Shown here: in pieces, positions 25,483 through 25,784 of the stretch
How positions within the stretch are numbered: position 1 is the stretch's first letter
How the letters are laid out: each line of letters opens with the position of its first letter
Origin: Planctomycetota bacterium
Lineage (GTDB): Bacteria; Planctomycetota; PLA2; JAEUHO01
DNA length: 25,784 nucleotides
Assembly (NCBI GenBank): GCA_050248855.1
Contig: JBFWRP010000042.1
Span: forward strand, 1 to 25,784
Reading direction: 5' to 3'
Made by a program: the position numbers and the translations under genes
The notes under the pieces: generated by a model
Seen by the model: the letters and a program-made list of their open reading frames with translations, nothing else
Databases searched by the model: none
What the model was told of the DNA's origin: nothing

Positions 25483-25664
25483 ACGACATGGCAGGTGCAC
25501 TAGGGATCCCGCCCTCCGCGGCCGCCGTTCGGCTCCACCGGGCCCGCCACGCCCTGGCGGAGGCACTGGGGATGGTCGTCGATGGGACTGGCCCGGCACG
25601 AGGGAAGACCCCTGCACCTCACTGGGTCGCGGCCCCCGCGGCCATGGCTTGCGATTTCGCCTAG
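25479..25664 (+). pseudogene. Sigma-70 region 4 (ECF-type) fragment
   Basis: MAGALGIPPSAAAVRLHRARHALAEAL matches the region 4.2 HTH. No region 2 is seen upstream. Confidence 0.5.
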
Positions 25665-25784
25665 GAGTCTGCGCCACAGAACTGCGCTCGGGGTTTCTGG
25701 CGAAGTTCTCCCTTGGCCTGGGCGAGGTGCGGTCCAAAATTGGGCATGCAACCGTACTTCCGGCCCTACGAGCCCGATCAGCAG
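25665..25784 (+). mobile_element. Left end of a probable IS1182-family insertion sequence
   Basis: CTAG (25661-25664), then the putative terminal repeat GAGTCTGCGCCACAG, and a transposase-like start about 80 bp inside. The other end is outside the window. Confidence 0.65.
25746..25784 (+). CDS. Probable IS1182-family transposase, first 13 codons
   Basis: MQPYFRPYEPDQQ matches the FRxYxxDQ N-terminus. Only 13 aa are visible. Confidence 0.6.
   Translation, partial: MQPYFRPYEPDQQ

Noticed and set aside
1..25784. CRISPR array, tRNA (including tRNA-Sec), rRNA, selA/selB/selD
   Set aside because: None recognisable by eye. The Sec machinery would have to be encoded elsewhere, and a covariance-model scan is needed to exclude small RNAs.

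Overview
GC-rich bacterial accessory region (genomic island or mobile element) with five blocks. (1) 1-4654, minus strand: a phage-satellite/integrative-element-like replication module (winged-HTH protein, excisionase-like HTH, TOPRIM primase-like protein, RepA/AAA_25 helicase carrying an internal palindromic ori-like structure, DUF2924 protein, small coupled ORFs). (2) 5001-7840, minus strand: a MerR-controlled heavy-metal operon with no merA in the window. Its main gene reads through two in-frame TGA codons (TGA-CTC-GGG-TGA at 5543-5532) that sit exactly at the CxxC position of a second HMA domain and are followed by a SECIS-like hairpin. This predicts a ~594-aa five-domain double-selenocysteine (UxxU) protein: CopZ-type Zn/Fe-S domain, MerT, HMA(CxxC), HMA(UxxU), thioredoxin. 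This is the standout observation. (3) 8114-12200: assorted cargo (double zinc ribbon, HEAT-repeat protein, secreted protein, a CxxxxCDC-family gene with a truncated duplicate). (4) 12344-23468, minus strand: a defence island (hsdM, abiEi, abiEii, hsdS, hsdR, GIY-YIG nuclease, AEP primase-SF2 helicase fusion). (5) 23676-25784, plus strand: a zinc-finger/GSW-repeat protein, a frameshifted DUF1697 gene, a sigma-70 region-4 remnant and the left end of a probable IS1182-family element. All family calls come from manual motif recognition; no searches were run.
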